Assembly: GCA_040386535.1 (NCBI GenBank)
Contig: JAZKFH010000027.1
Location: 102,548-166,547 of the forward strand
Source: Myxococcota bacterium
GTDB lineage: Bacteria; Myxococcota_A; UBA796; SXON01
Reading direction: 5' to 3'
DNA: 64,000 nt
Part shown: positions 9,167 through 18,710 of the stretch, one piece after another
Layout of the letters: the number at the start of each line of letters is the position of its first letter
Position numbering within the stretch: position 1 is the first letter of the stretch
Made by a program: the position numbers and the translations under genes
Notes under the pieces: generated by a model
What the model was told of the DNA's origin: nothing
What the model saw: the letters and a program-made list of their open reading frames with translations, nothing else
Database searches by the model: none

Positions 9167-9958
9167 TTAGACCCGCGCCGCGAAAGCCCGCACGCGGTCG
9201 AGCTCCAGCGGCTCGGACACCCGCCCGTCCCGATGCAGCGCGGTCCCGACGATCGCGCCCTGCGCGAGCGTGCGCCATGAGGGGAGCGACTCCAGATCCA
9301 CCCCGCTGCCGATCCACAGGGGCGCTTCGGGCACGGCGCGCCGCACCTCCTCCGCGCGGGTCGGATCGGCTGGCCGCCCCGTGCCGGAGCCGGTGACGAT
9401 CAACACGTCCGCTCCGCCGCGCCGGTACGTGTCCGCCGCGACGCTGCCGGCCTCTGCGGGCCCGAGGGGCACGGCGTGCTTGACCAGCACGTCGGCCGCG
9501 ATGCCGATCTCGGGCTGGGCCCCGAGCTCGCGCCGGTAGCGGAGCGTGTGGTGCGCGTCTCCCTGCAAGAGCCCCTGGTCGGTCACCATCGCGCCGACGT
9601 GGACGTTCACCCGGACGAACGCGCCGCCCGCCGCCGCGGCCACGCCGAGCGCGCTGCGCACGTCGTTCCGGAGGAGGTTGACGCCTAAAAGGAGCTGGGG
9701 ATGGCGCGCCCGGATCTCCGCCGTGAGGATCGCCACGAAGGCGACCACGTGGGGCTCGACCGGCCCCGCGGGAAAGGGCGCGTCTCCGAAGTTCTCGAGG
9801 ATCGCGGCGTGGGCGCCACCCTCGGCCAGCACCGCGGCGTCGGCCAGCGCCCGCTCCCGCACCGCCGCGAAGCCCTCGGACGGGCGCGGCCCCCCCGGGA
9901 GGGGGAGCAGGTGGACGACACCGACGAAGGCGAACGGACGGGAGAGCAGGGAGCGCAT
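9167..9958 (-). CDS. BtpA/SgcQ family TIM-barrel protein
   Basis: 'GVVHLLPLPGGP', 'ENFGDAPF', 'GVNLLRND', 'AFVRVNVHVGAMVTDQG', 'ADVLVKHA' and 'IVTGSGTG'. Confidence 0.9.
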   Translation of the reverse strand: MRSLLSRPFAFVGVVHLLPLPGGPRPSEGFAAVRERALADAAVLAEGGAHAAILENFGDAPFPAGPVEPHVVAFVAILTAEIRARHPQLLLGVNLLRNDVRSALGVAAAAGGAFVRVNVHVGAMVTDQGLLQGDAHHTLRYRRELGAQPEIGIAADVLVKHAVPLGPAEAGSVAADTYRRGGADVLIVTGSGTGRPADPTRAEEVRRAVPEAPLWIGSGVDLESLPSWRTLAQGAIVGTALHRDGRVSEPLELDRVRAFAARV

Positions 9959-9967
9959 CCCCAGGCA

Positions 9968-11302
9968 TTACCGCACCCTCGGCAACAGCGCGAGCTGAGC
10001 GGGACGCAGGGCGACGGCGGCCACCACCGCGGCCGGGACGGGCACCGGCGCGGCGGCCGGCCGGAGAGCCCCCTGATCCTCCGCGCGCGGCGGCACCGTG
10101 CGGATCGACAACGACTCGATCGCGCCCACACCCGCGCCCTCGCGGCGCACCACCCCCTCGATCAGCCGCGCGAGGCCCACGCGGCCGCATGCCTCGGGGA
10201 CGCGCACCCGCACATCGGCTTTGCCGCGGGCGCCGCGGAGGCGGAGCCGCAGGGTGCCGCCGCGGGCCGCCCGGACGAGCCCGCCGGTGAGCAGCCCGGC
10301 GCGGGACACGGCCCCCTCGAGGTCCGGTGCCGCGACGCCCTGCCAGGAGGCCCGCCGGCTGCCCGCCGCGCACTGGGCCACGCGGGGCGCCCGGCCTGCC
10401 CAGGCGGCGGCGGCCATGGGCGCCGCCACCGCGACCCAGCCCGGCTCCAGGAACCCCGCGAGGCCGTACGCCGCGTCACTCGTGGCGGCGACGCCGATGC
10501 GCGCCTCCAGGCCGAGCTCCTGCCAAAGCAGGCGCGCGATGCGCTCCGCGGCCGGCAGCGCGCCGGGGCCGGCGACGGCCCAGCCCGGCAGGCGCACGAG
10601 CAGCGCGCCGTGGCGGCCGGCACCCCGCAGGCCGCCGCCGTGCAGGCCGGACAGCGGCGTGACCGTGCCGAACCACGCCTCGAGCCGGCGCGCGACCTCC
10701 GCCACGAGGTCGACCCCGCCGGAAGGGGAATAGGCGACGAGCTCCGGGCAGTGGCGACGCGCGAGCGGCAGGGACATCCCACGCGCGATTCCCCGCGCCC
10801 GCGCCGCCGGCGATACCGCGCGCACCCAGCGGTCGGCCACCACGACCGGACCGTGCCCCGCGGCCGGCGCGACGAGGCGCAGGGCGGACCACGCGAGGGC
10901 GGCGGGGCGTACGCAGACCCAGGCGCCCTGGCCGTCTCCCACTGGGTCCGGGCGCACCGCGTGGGTCGGCCCGCGCGGGGGCGGGACGGCCCGCAGCCAC
11001 GCCGCGACACCCCCCGCCGGGACCCACCGCGCGGGCGCGCAGGGCTCCCCCGCGGGCTCGGCGCGCAGATCGCCGCCGACGCGGCGGCCGAACAGGGGGT
11101 GCCCGAAGCCCCGCGGCACGAGCACGGTGGACACACCGCCGACCTCGGGGAGGGCGATGGTCACGTCCCCAGGCTGATCCCGGGGCGTGAACGCGCGCCC
11201 GCCGCGACGGGCGAGGCGAAGCTCCATCGGAACGGGGAGGGCGGCGGCGCCGATACGGGGCGGGGCGATCAGAGGGAACGGCAACATGCGCGTCTCCGGC
11301 AT
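9968..11302 (-). CDS. ImuB-like, catalytically degenerate Y-family DNA polymerase (IMS domain)
   Basis: 'PVVVAD..VRAVSPAARARGIARGMSLPLARRHCPEL' and 'LGLEARIGVA' match the IMS fold. The DxDxF and SIDE catalytic motifs are absent. Confidence 0.65.
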   Translation of the reverse strand: MPETRMLPFPLIAPPRIGAAALPVPMELRLARRGGRAFTPRDQPGDVTIALPEVGGVSTVLVPRGFGHPLFGRRVGGDLRAEPAGEPCAPARWVPAGGVAAWLRAVPPPRGPTHAVRPDPVGDGQGAWVCVRPAALAWSALRLVAPAAGHGPVVVADRWVRAVSPAARARGIARGMSLPLARRHCPELVAYSPSGGVDLVAEVARRLEAWFGTVTPLSGLHGGGLRGAGRHGALLVRLPGWAVAGPGALPAAERIARLLWQELGLEARIGVAATSDAAYGLAGFLEPGWVAVAAPMAAAAWAGRAPRVAQCAAGSRRASWQGVAAPDLEGAVSRAGLLTGGLVRAARGGTLRLRLRGARGKADVRVRVPEACGRVGLARLIEGVVRREGAGVGAIESLSIRTVPPRAEDQGALRPAAAPVPVPAAVVAAVALRPAQLALLPRVR

Positions 11303-11333
11303 GGTCCCAATCTACTGAACCGGAAGCTGGAGT

Positions 11334-11354
11334 GGCGGACAGATTCTGTCCGCC
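11334..11354. promoter_or_regulatory. Perfect 10-1-10 palindrome GGCGGACAGA-T-TCTGTCCGCC (operator-like)
   Basis: Read directly, between the nuclease stop (11358) and the ImuB-like start (11302). Function is inferred. Confidence 0.45.
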
Positions 11355-11357
11355 CCC

Positions 11358-12275
11358 TCAGGTTTCTCGCGCGCAGCTCCGCCGGAACGAACACCAGCGG
11401 CATCGCCCGTCCGCCGCGGGCACCATCGGGTAGTCCTCGCGGTCCGCCACGTTTCGGGGCACGTCCCGCAGCTTCGTGCGCATGACGCCCACGCTGGTCT
11501 CGATCTCCTCGCGTGCCGCCTCGATCTCCGTGGGGCCCACCACGTGGGTGGTCTCGACCGCGTGGCGCAGGTTCACGTGCATCGCCTTGACCCGGTCCGT
11601 CGGCACGCCGAGCTCCTGGGTGGCGTAGATGCCGTACACGCCGAGCTGGGCCGCGATCTCGTGGTCGCTGTGCGCCTCGCCTGTCTTCCAGTCGATGATG
11701 ACGACGCCGCCGTTCCCGTCGGCCATGAGCACGTCGAGCGCGGCGTACACCTCCGTGCTGCCGACGCGGAACCGCCGGAGCTCCTCGACCTCCATCACCC
11801 GCGCCGGCACCTGGCCGATGCGACGGAAGATGCGGTTGTCGTACAGCCCGCGCACCTGCCGCTCGATCTCGGCGATCGCCGCGTCCCACGCCGCCGGGTC
11901 GACGGGCTCGTCGTAATAGTGCTCGCGGAACCCGGTTCGTTTGGCCGGGCGTTGCAGCCACGCACCGGTCCGTGACCCCTCGATGTCGCTCCGCGCGCGC
12001 GTCACCGCGTTCTTCACCGCCGCCTCCGGATCGGGCGGCCGCCGCCCGACCATGCGCCGGATCCCCTCCTCGGCCGCGCCATGCACCACGGTCCCGATCC
12101 ACATCGCGCGCGTCGTGAGCTTTTTCTGCACGTAGGCGTCGCGCGCCGGCGCCGGCACGTCGGTGGACCAGCCCCCCCACGAGCCGTAGTACGTGTACCA
12201 GTAGGCCCGCGCGCACCCCGAGAACGTGCGCGACCGCGAATGGGACCACACGAGCTCGTTGACCAGATCCGCCAC
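11358..12275 (-). CDS. PD-(D/E)XK nuclease, AddB/Cas4-like with Fe-S staple cysteines
   Basis: 'WSHSR..TF..CAR', 'GTVVH', 'LDVL...IIDWKTG', 'QLGVYG' and a C-terminal 'CRWCSFRRSC'. GTG start after a GGGGAG RBS. Confidence 0.85.
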   Translation of the reverse strand: MADLVNELVWSHSRSRTFSGCARAYWYTYYGSWGGWSTDVPAPARDAYVQKKLTTRAMWIGTVVHGAAEEGIRRMVGRRPPDPEAAVKNAVTRARSDIEGSRTGAWLQRPAKRTGFREHYYDEPVDPAAWDAAIAEIERQVRGLYDNRIFRRIGQVPARVMEVEELRRFRVGSTEVYAALDVLMADGNGGVVIIDWKTGEAHSDHEIAAQLGVYGIYATQELGVPTDRVKAMHVNLRHAVETTHVVGPTEIEAAREEIETSVGVMRTKLRDVPRNVADREDYPMVPAADGRCRWCSFRRSCARET

Positions 12276-12368
12276 GGACACTCCCCACCACGAGGCATGC
12301 ACGTCGGCGGCCCCCGGCCCCCGCGAACACGCGCCCATCGAGCGAATGGAGTTATCACGCGGGCGCGC

Positions 12369-13313
12369 ATGGGCTCCCCCGCTTCCGACGCCAGCACCGT
12401 CCCCGTGGGCCCGCCGGGTCCCCACGCGGGCCCGCGGATGCCCGCCCTCTCGGCGCTCCTCGTGGTGCAGCTCCTGTTCGGCGCCATGCCCGTGGTGGGG
12501 AAGCTCGCCATCGGTGCGTTCGGGCCCTCGGGCGTCGCGTTCCTCCGGATGGCGGGCGGGATGGTGGCCTTCCAGGCGCTCAGGGCGCTCCTCAAGCTCC
12601 CCGGCATCCCGCTGCGCGATCAGCCTGCCGTCGCGCTCTGCGCGGTGCTCGGCATCTCGGCCAACCAGCTCTTGTTCCTCAACGGCCTCTCGCGCACCAG
12701 CGCCACCCACGCCGCGCTGCTCACGACGACCATCCCCGTCCTGACCATGGTCGTGGCCGCAGCGCTGGGCCGGGAGAAGCTCCACACCCGGCGTGTCCTC
12801 GGCATCCTCGTCGCGCTCGGCGGCGTGCTCGTGCTCATCGCCGGCAAGGACCCCACCGGCCGGGCCTCGGTGCTCGGCGACCTGATGATCTTCGGAAACG
12901 CGGCGGTGTACGCGGCCTACCTCATCCTCTCCCGCGACCTGCTCGCGCGCCACGCCCCGCTCTCCGTGCTCGCGTGGCTCTTCACCTGGGGCCTGCTCAC
13001 CGCGCTCCCGTTCACCGGCCTGCCCGATCTGACCGGGCGGACGACCGAGGGGTGGATGGCGGCGGGGTTCATCGTCCTCGGGCCCACCATCGCGAGCTAC
13101 TGGCTCAACCTCTACGCGTTGCGCACGGTGCCCGCTTCCGTCGTGGCGTTGTTCATCTACCTGCAGCCGTCGATCGCCGCGGCGCTGGCTGTCCCGTTGC
13201 TCAACGAGCGGCCCACCGCGCGGCTCGGCGTGGCCGCGGCGCTCACCTTCGCGGGCGTCTGGCTCGCGACGCGGCCCGCGAGAAAGTGGGGCCGAGTTCG
13301 CGGCGAGGGATGA
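12369..13313 (+). CDS. DMT/EamA family transporter
   Basis: About 10 TMs, with 'NQLLFLNGL', 'REKL', 'LGDLMI', 'FIYLQP' and 'LLNERPT'. Confidence 0.9.
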   Translation: MGSPASDASTVPVGPPGPHAGPRMPALSALLVVQLLFGAMPVVGKLAIGAFGPSGVAFLRMAGGMVAFQALRALLKLPGIPLRDQPAVALCAVLGISANQLLFLNGLSRTSATHAALLTTTIPVLTMVVAAALGREKLHTRRVLGILVALGGVLVLIAGKDPTGRASVLGDLMIFGNAAVYAAYLILSRDLLARHAPLSVLAWLFTWGLLTALPFTGLPDLTGRTTEGWMAAGFIVLGPTIASYWLNLYALRTVPASVVALFIYLQPSIAAALAVPLLNERPTARLGVAAALTFAGVWLATRPARKWGRVRGEG

Positions 13314-13440
13314 ACCTGCCGGCGACCGGTGTCCTCATTCCCGAAGGGTGGAGTGAGAGGGGCCTCTCCGGTGGCCGATCGCTCGGGAAGAGTGGTCCTG
13401 GTCCCTCTCCTCCGCCCTATTTCTCCCGCTCGACGCTCCG

Positions 13441-14064
13441 TCAGTCTGGCAGCGCGACCACGTAGAGCGGCGCCAGTCGGTACAGCCCGTCCGGCGGCGG
13501 GAGCACCGCCACGTCGTCCCCGAACAGGTCGGTGGCCGTGCCTGCGTACCCGTAGACGGTGACAGCGCCCCCATCCGCGCGCAGCCAGGCGCCATACAAC
13601 GAGTCCGCGATGTCGTCGTGCCCGACGGCGCCGAGGCGGGCGCGCACGTCGGGGTGGAGCGCGCCGACACCGAGCTGGAGCGTGTCGGGCAGGATTGCGC
13701 AGGGCGCGGCGTCCGAACGTACGGGCACGTCCCACCACACCGCGTCGCTGTCGGGCTCGGTCTCCGCGGTGGCGCCGGTCACGAGGTCAGCCGCGAGGTC
13801 GACCACGCAGTTCACGCGCTCCAGGTCCGCGTCGATCACGTCGATGGCGACGGTGGCGGCCTCCGGACTGGCGACCCCGCCGACCACGGAGAGATCGGCG
13901 CGAACCACGTACCAGGCGGGATCCGCGGGGAGCGCCGAGTCGGACGTGTCCTCGAGCGCCGTGTCGGGCGTGGCGTAGCGGCCGGTGTCGTCACCGGCCT
14001 CGGCGTTGACGCCGAGATCGTACTCGGCGCAGCCGAACAGGAGGAAGAAGGAGAGCGAACGCAT
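13441..14064 (-). CDS. Putative lipoprotein
   Basis: MRSLSFFLLFG|C lipobox followed by an acidic DT-rich linker. Confidence 0.7.
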   Translation of the reverse strand: MRSLSFFLLFGCAEYDLGVNAEAGDDTGRYATPDTALEDTSDSALPADPAWYVVRADLSVVGGVASPEAATVAIDVIDADLERVNCVVDLAADLVTGATAETEPDSDAVWWDVPVRSDAAPCAILPDTLQLGVGALHPDVRARLGAVGHDDIADSLYGAWLRADGGAVTVYGYAGTATDLFGDDVAVLPPPDGLYRLAPLYVVALPD

Positions 14065-14132
14065 TCTGTACATCTGGTCACCCCGGCCGGCCCTGACCCC
14101 GGTAACGCAGCTGGACCATAGTCCCGGATCGT

Positions 14133-14666
14133 TCACTCCCGCAAATCCCACGCATACGCGGGCCAGAGCGTGTAGGTCTGCCCCGAGCTCCAGCCGGGCG
14201 CGCCGAGATCACCGGCCCAGTCGAGGGCCTCGTCGTAGGCGAAGCCGTAGGGCTCCATCGTGACCCCGTCCACTGAGAGGTACCAGCCGAGGCTGCGGCC
14301 GGGGTAGGGGTCAAGATCGGTCAGGGCGTCCGCGACGTCGCCGATGCCGATCGCGCGGGGCGTGACGTAGGCGGTGTCGGTCGCGAAGGGGGCGCCGCAG
14401 TCGGATTCGAGCTCGGCCACGTCGAGCGTGTAGGCCACGGTGCAGCCCTCACAGCCGGGCAACGCCGCGGTGACGGCGCCCGTGAGGAGCTGGGCGCGGG
14501 CGCAGAGGAAGAAGTCCTCGTTCCCCGAGCCCGCCCACCGGGCGTCGAAGAACTCCCAGGTCTGCGTGCCGCCGAGCCCGGTCTCCGTGGGGATCGCCGA
14601 GGCGTGATGCACGGCCCACGCGGGCTCGTCGGAGGCGCAACCGGCCACCAGGATCAACCAGAACAT
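14133..14666 (-). CDS. Putative lipoprotein
   Basis: MFWLILVAG|C lipobox and an internal CxxC. Confidence 0.7.
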   Translation of the reverse strand: MFWLILVAGCASDEPAWAVHHASAIPTETGLGGTQTWEFFDARWAGSGNEDFFLCARAQLLTGAVTAALPGCEGCTVAYTLDVAELESDCGAPFATDTAYVTPRAIGIGDVADALTDLDPYPGRSLGWYLSVDGVTMEPYGFAYDEALDWAGDLGAPGWSSGQTYTLWPAYAWDLRE

Positions 14667-14687
14667 GCAGGGCCCCGGGAAGGACGA

Positions 14688-17591
14688 CTAACGGACGCCG
14701 AGCGTATCCTTGGCGCGCGTGGCTCGCGGGCCGCTCGGAGCGAGGGCGAGGAAGGTTCGCCACGCGGCGCCGGAGCGGGCGAAGCCGTCCCGGGCATCGA
14801 GGTAGAAGCGGCCCTTCTCGTACCACGCCAGCCCGAGCTCGGGGCCGAGCTGGGCGGCACGGTCGAAGTGTTGCGCGGCGAGCGCCTTGCGGTCGGCGGT
14901 CTCGAAGTAGCGGCCGGCGAACACGTGCACCGCCGGATCCTCGGCGTTGGCCGCGAGGGCGGCGGTGATGAACGGGTCACCCGCGGGGGGGCCGGTCACG
15001 AGCGCCTGCATCGCGACGAGGCGGGGCGCGAGGCGCCGCTCGAACGGATCGGTGGAGGCGCTGGTGGCGGTGACGGCGGCCTGGAGTGCGCCGAGGGCCT
15101 CGGTGGAGCGGTCCTGCACGGCGAGGAGCGCGGACGCGTAGGCGCCGAGCGGCGTGGCGGCCTGGGGGGGGAGCAGCTGCACGCCGGGCGGCTCCTGGTT
15201 GCCCCACACGCTCACCAGCGTGTCGAGCACCGGCGTGAGGTTCGCGAGCATGCTGGCGGCCTCGAGGCGCACCACGGCCTCGTCGGCCTCCTCTACACGG
15301 TCGAGCTCGAGGAGGAGGAGCACGTAGGCGGCCTGGGCCTCGGCGGCGCCCGGGCGCGCGGTCACGACGCTCTTGAGCTCGTGGAGCGCGGCGGTGAGCT
15401 GCTGCTCGGCGGCGAGATCGGCCGCGTGGAGGAAGAGGAGATCGGGGTTGGCGCCGTCCCGGGAGAGGCCGCGCTCGATCGCGTCCCGCGCGTCAGTCGG
15501 GGAGCCGAGGGCGAGGAACGCGTGGGCGCGCAGGGCCTGGAGGCGGCCCTCGAGCCGCGGCGCGAGCGTGGTGCCGGCGGGGCTCTGGAGGAACTGATCG
15601 ACCGAGGACACCACCTTGGCCGGCGGCGCCTCGTCGAGCTCGAGCGAGAGGATGCGCGCGGCGGCGTGGTCGGGGGTGCTCGCGAGGAGCGCCTGGACGA
15701 GTGCCCGAGCGTCATCCTTGCGGCCGGCCGCGGCGAGCACCTCCGCGCGCGCGAGGCTGTACCGGGGCTGATCGCCGCGGTCGATGGCGTCGAAGTGTTC
15801 GAGCGCGCGGTCGAGATCGCCGCCGCGGGCCGCGATGCGCGCGAAGAGCAGCCGCTCCTCGTCGTCCTCGGGGCGTTCGCGCCCCAGGGCCGCGCTCGCA
15901 CCCGCCACGTCCTGGCGGGCGAGGGCCTCGCCGGCGCGCAGGATGGCGAGGCGGTGCACGTCGAGCTGGGCGGGCTTCTCCAGGCCCTCGCGCACCTTGG
16001 CGATGCGCGTGGGGTCGCCGTTGTAGTCCGACCAGAGGACGAGCTGGGTCTCCGCGAGGGCGGCGCGCACGTCGGCGATCTCGCTCGCGCGGTCCCCCGT
16101 GGCGACGCGCTGCTCCAGGCGGCCCTCCTGCGTGAGCAGCGCGTTGTAGTCCTCCTCGGCGAGGGCGCGGACCACCTCGTCGCGCACGGTGCTGGCCCCG
16201 GAGCGGGCGCCCAGGCTGCCGACGAACACGGCGGCGACGAGCAACACGACGGCGGCGAACAACGCGGCCGCGGCGAGCAGCGCGCGGGGCCACAGGCGCG
16301 ACGGCGGGGCCGGCGGCGGCTCGTCGTGCAGGTAGGCGGGGTCGACCCGCTCGGGCGCGATGGGGGTCGCGTGCTTCTCGATGACCTCGATCGGCTTGCC
16401 GAAGGTGGCGGCGGCCTCGGGCTGGGGCACCGGCGCGGCCACGCCGCCGCGGGTCATGACGACGACGTTCTCGTCCTCCTCCTCGAGCAGATCGTCCGGC
16501 GTGTCCGCCAGGTCGCTCGTGCTCGACACGCCCATCGACGCCTGCCACGCGCGGAGGTTGAGCGTCTCGCGCAGGCCGCCGTCCCCCCCGTCGTCCTTCT
16601 TGCGGTGGAGCTGCGCGGGGCGGTCCTCCCCGGGGCGCAGGACCAGCATGATCTGGGTGTCGGCGGAGTTCGAGTTGGGGAGCACGTCGAGGAGCTGGCG
16701 GCCGGGATCGGTGCCGTCCGACGCGTTGCTGACCATCTCGGCGGCGGAGGCGAGGCCCGACGCCTGGGTGGCCTCGTGACGGTCCTCCTCGACCGAACCC
16801 TGGGCCTCGTGGCCGCGGGGCGCGTACTTGAAGAGCGCCGGGAAGTTGGTGGCCTCGGCGGTCTCCGGGTCGAGGTCGACCGAGCGGAGGCCGAAGCTCT
16901 CGGTGTGCTCCGGCTCGTCTAGCGTGTGGTCCCGCGCGGGGTTGGCGGAGGGCGGCAACAGCGCCGTCACCAGGGCGTCGACGCTCTGGCCGTTGGCCCC
17001 GAAGTCACCCGCGAGGCTCCACAGGAGCTCCTTGACGCGTGCGTTGTCGGGCTCGACGCGGCGCAGGCGCTCGAGGATGCCGGTGGCGCGGAGGAAGCTC
17101 CCGGTCGCCAGGAAGCGCTCGGCGAGCGTCAGGAGCCGCGCGGGTTGGTTCTCGCGCTCGATCTCGCGCGCCTGGGCCTCGGGGCGCACGGGATCGGACT
17201 GGGCGCGCACCCAGAAGGCCTCGATGTCGTCCCGGCCGGGGCCGCCCATCTGCTGGTCGCGCAGCTGCTGGAGCGGCTTGCGCGCCTTGAGCGGCCAGCC
17301 GCGCTCCAGGTAGATTTCGGCCTGGAGGAGCAGCGCGTCGGACTGATCGGGGTCCCCCTCGAGCACCTCCCGCGTGCGGTTGAGCGCGCGGTCCATCAGG
17401 CGGAGGTGGAAGAAGGCCCGGGCCTCGGCGAGGCGGGCGCGCGGCGTGGGCGTGCCCTGGGCGGCCCATGCCTCTACGATCCGCACGACGCCGATGTAGT
17501 CACCCCGGGTGGCCAGCGTCGCCACGGACTCGTCGAGGTGATGGTCCCGTTGGGAGGGCGAGGGGGAGGGCTGGGAAGACGGGTGGGTCAT
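14688..17591 (-). CDS. Large bitopic TPR protein (~967 aa)
   Basis: N-terminal TPRs, an acidic/Pro linker, one TM ('ALLAAAALFAAVVLLVAAVFVG') and many C-terminal TPRs ending 'FLALAPSGPRA..AK'. Start approximate. Confidence 0.75.
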   Translation of the reverse strand: MTHPSSQPSPSPSQRDHHLDESVATLATRGDYIGVVRIVEAWAAQGTPTPRARLAEARAFFHLRLMDRALNRTREVLEGDPDQSDALLLQAEIYLERGWPLKARKPLQQLRDQQMGGPGRDDIEAFWVRAQSDPVRPEAQAREIERENQPARLLTLAERFLATGSFLRATGILERLRRVEPDNARVKELLWSLAGDFGANGQSVDALVTALLPPSANPARDHTLDEPEHTESFGLRSVDLDPETAEATNFPALFKYAPRGHEAQGSVEEDRHEATQASGLASAAEMVSNASDGTDPGRQLLDVLPNSNSADTQIMLVLRPGEDRPAQLHRKKDDGGDGGLRETLNLRAWQASMGVSSTSDLADTPDDLLEEEDENVVVMTRGGVAAPVPQPEAAATFGKPIEVIEKHATPIAPERVDPAYLHDEPPPAPPSRLWPRALLAAAALFAAVVLLVAAVFVGSLGARSGASTVRDEVVRALAEEDYNALLTQEGRLEQRVATGDRASEIADVRAALAETQLVLWSDYNGDPTRIAKVREGLEKPAQLDVHRLAILRAGEALARQDVAGASAALGRERPEDDEERLLFARIAARGGDLDRALEHFDAIDRGDQPRYSLARAEVLAAAGRKDDARALVQALLASTPDHAAARILSLELDEAPPAKVVSSVDQFLQSPAGTTLAPRLEGRLQALRAHAFLALGSPTDARDAIERGLSRDGANPDLLFLHAADLAAEQQLTAALHELKSVVTARPGAAEAQAAYVLLLLELDRVEEADEAVVRLEAASMLANLTPVLDTLVSVWGNQEPPGVQLLPPQAATPLGAYASALLAVQDRSTEALGALQAAVTATSASTDPFERRLAPRLVAMQALVTGPPAGDPFITAALAANAEDPAVHVFAGRYFETADRKALAAQHFDRAAQLGPELGLAWYEKGRFYLDARDGFARSGAAWRTFLALAPSGPRATRAKDTLGVR

Positions 17592-17724
17592 CGAAGAGGG
17601 CCGGATGATAGCAGGGAGCCGACCCGTGTGGGCCGGACATGCGACGGGCCCGTGGGTTCCCTGCTGGATTTCCAGAGGGATCCCACGGGCCCGTCTACTG
17701 GTTGGAGCCAGGCGAGCGGTCGAG

Positions 17725-18699
17725 CTAGGCGAGCGCCTTCTCGAGCTCCTTCTGGAACGCCGGGGCGAACTCGAACAGATCGCCCACGTACCCGTAGGTG
17801 GCGTACTGGAAGATCGGCGCCTCCGCGTCCTTGTTGACCGCGACGATGACGCGCGAGGTGCGCATGCCGGCGAGGTGCTGGATGGCGCCGGAGATGCCGA
17901 GCGCGATGTACAGCGAGGGGTTGACCACCTTGCCGGTCTGCCCGACCTGGTCGCCGTGGGGCGCAAAACCCGCGTCGACCGCGGCGCGCGAGGCGCCGGG
18001 CGTGGCGTGCGCGGCCTTGGCGAGCGGACGCACGATCGCGTCGAAGCTCTCCTTCGACTTGAGCGAGCGGCCACCGGACACGATCCGGTCGGCTTCGGTC
18101 AGGTCGACCGCCTGGGTGGCGGGCTTGAGGGTCTCGGTGACGGTCACGTCGAGGTCGGCGTCGGTGACGCCGGCATCGAAGGGGAAGACCGTGGCCGAGC
18201 CACCCGGCGCGGCGCCGATCGGGAAGGAGTTCGGGCGCACCGTGAACAGCGCGACCGGGGACTTGATCTTCACGTCGACGAGGGCCTTGCCCGCGTACAC
18301 GGGGCGGCGCCCGACGATGGCGCCGCCTTCGGCGCGCAGGTCGGTGCATTCCACCGCGAGGCCGGCGCCGAGGCGCGCGGACAGGCGGGGGAACGCCTCA
18401 CGGGTGATGCCGCCGGCCGAGCCGAGCACCACGTTGGCGCCCGAGGCGGCGATCGCGGCCGCGAGGGCCTTGACCCACGCGCCGGCCACGTACGTACCGA
18501 ACGCGGGGCCGCTGGCGACGTACACCTTGGAGGCGCCCCAGCTGCCGAGGACGTTGGTGTCGGTCTCGCCGAGGACGACCGCGCTGACGGAGCCGCCGGT
18601 GGCGGCGGCGAGCTGGGCGGCCTTGCCGAGGAGCTCGAAGGCGGACTTGCGGGGCTGGCCGCCCTCGGTCTCGCAGAAAACCAGGATGTTGGTAGGCAT
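17725..18699 (-). CDS. etfA: Electron transfer flavoprotein alpha subunit
   Basis: 'DLTEADRIVSGGR', 'GASRAAVDAG' and 'QVGQTGKVV.P.LYIALGISGAIQHLAGM'. Confidence 0.97.
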   Translation of the reverse strand: MPTNILVFCETEGGQPRKSAFELLGKAAQLAAATGGSVSAVVLGETDTNVLGSWGASKVYVASGPAFGTYVAGAWVKALAAAIAASGANVVLGSAGGITREAFPRLSARLGAGLAVECTDLRAEGGAIVGRRPVYAGKALVDVKIKSPVALFTVRPNSFPIGAAPGGSATVFPFDAGVTDADLDVTVTETLKPATQAVDLTEADRIVSGGRSLKSKESFDAIVRPLAKAAHATPGASRAAVDAGFAPHGDQVGQTGKVVNPSLYIALGISGAIQHLAGMRTSRVIVAVNKDAEAPIFQYATYGYVGDLFEFAPAFQKELEKALA

Positions 18700-18710
18700 G
18701 TGCGTGCTCC

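Noticed and set aside
11312..11330. Possible myxobacterial LexA box (GTTCAG half-site) upstream of the ImuB-like gene
   Set aside because: Only the half-site matches; the other half of the consensus does not.
11358..12275. Cas4-like nuclease as evidence of CRISPR-Cas
   Set aside because: No cas1/cas2 and no repeat-spacer array in the window; solo nucleases of this type are common.
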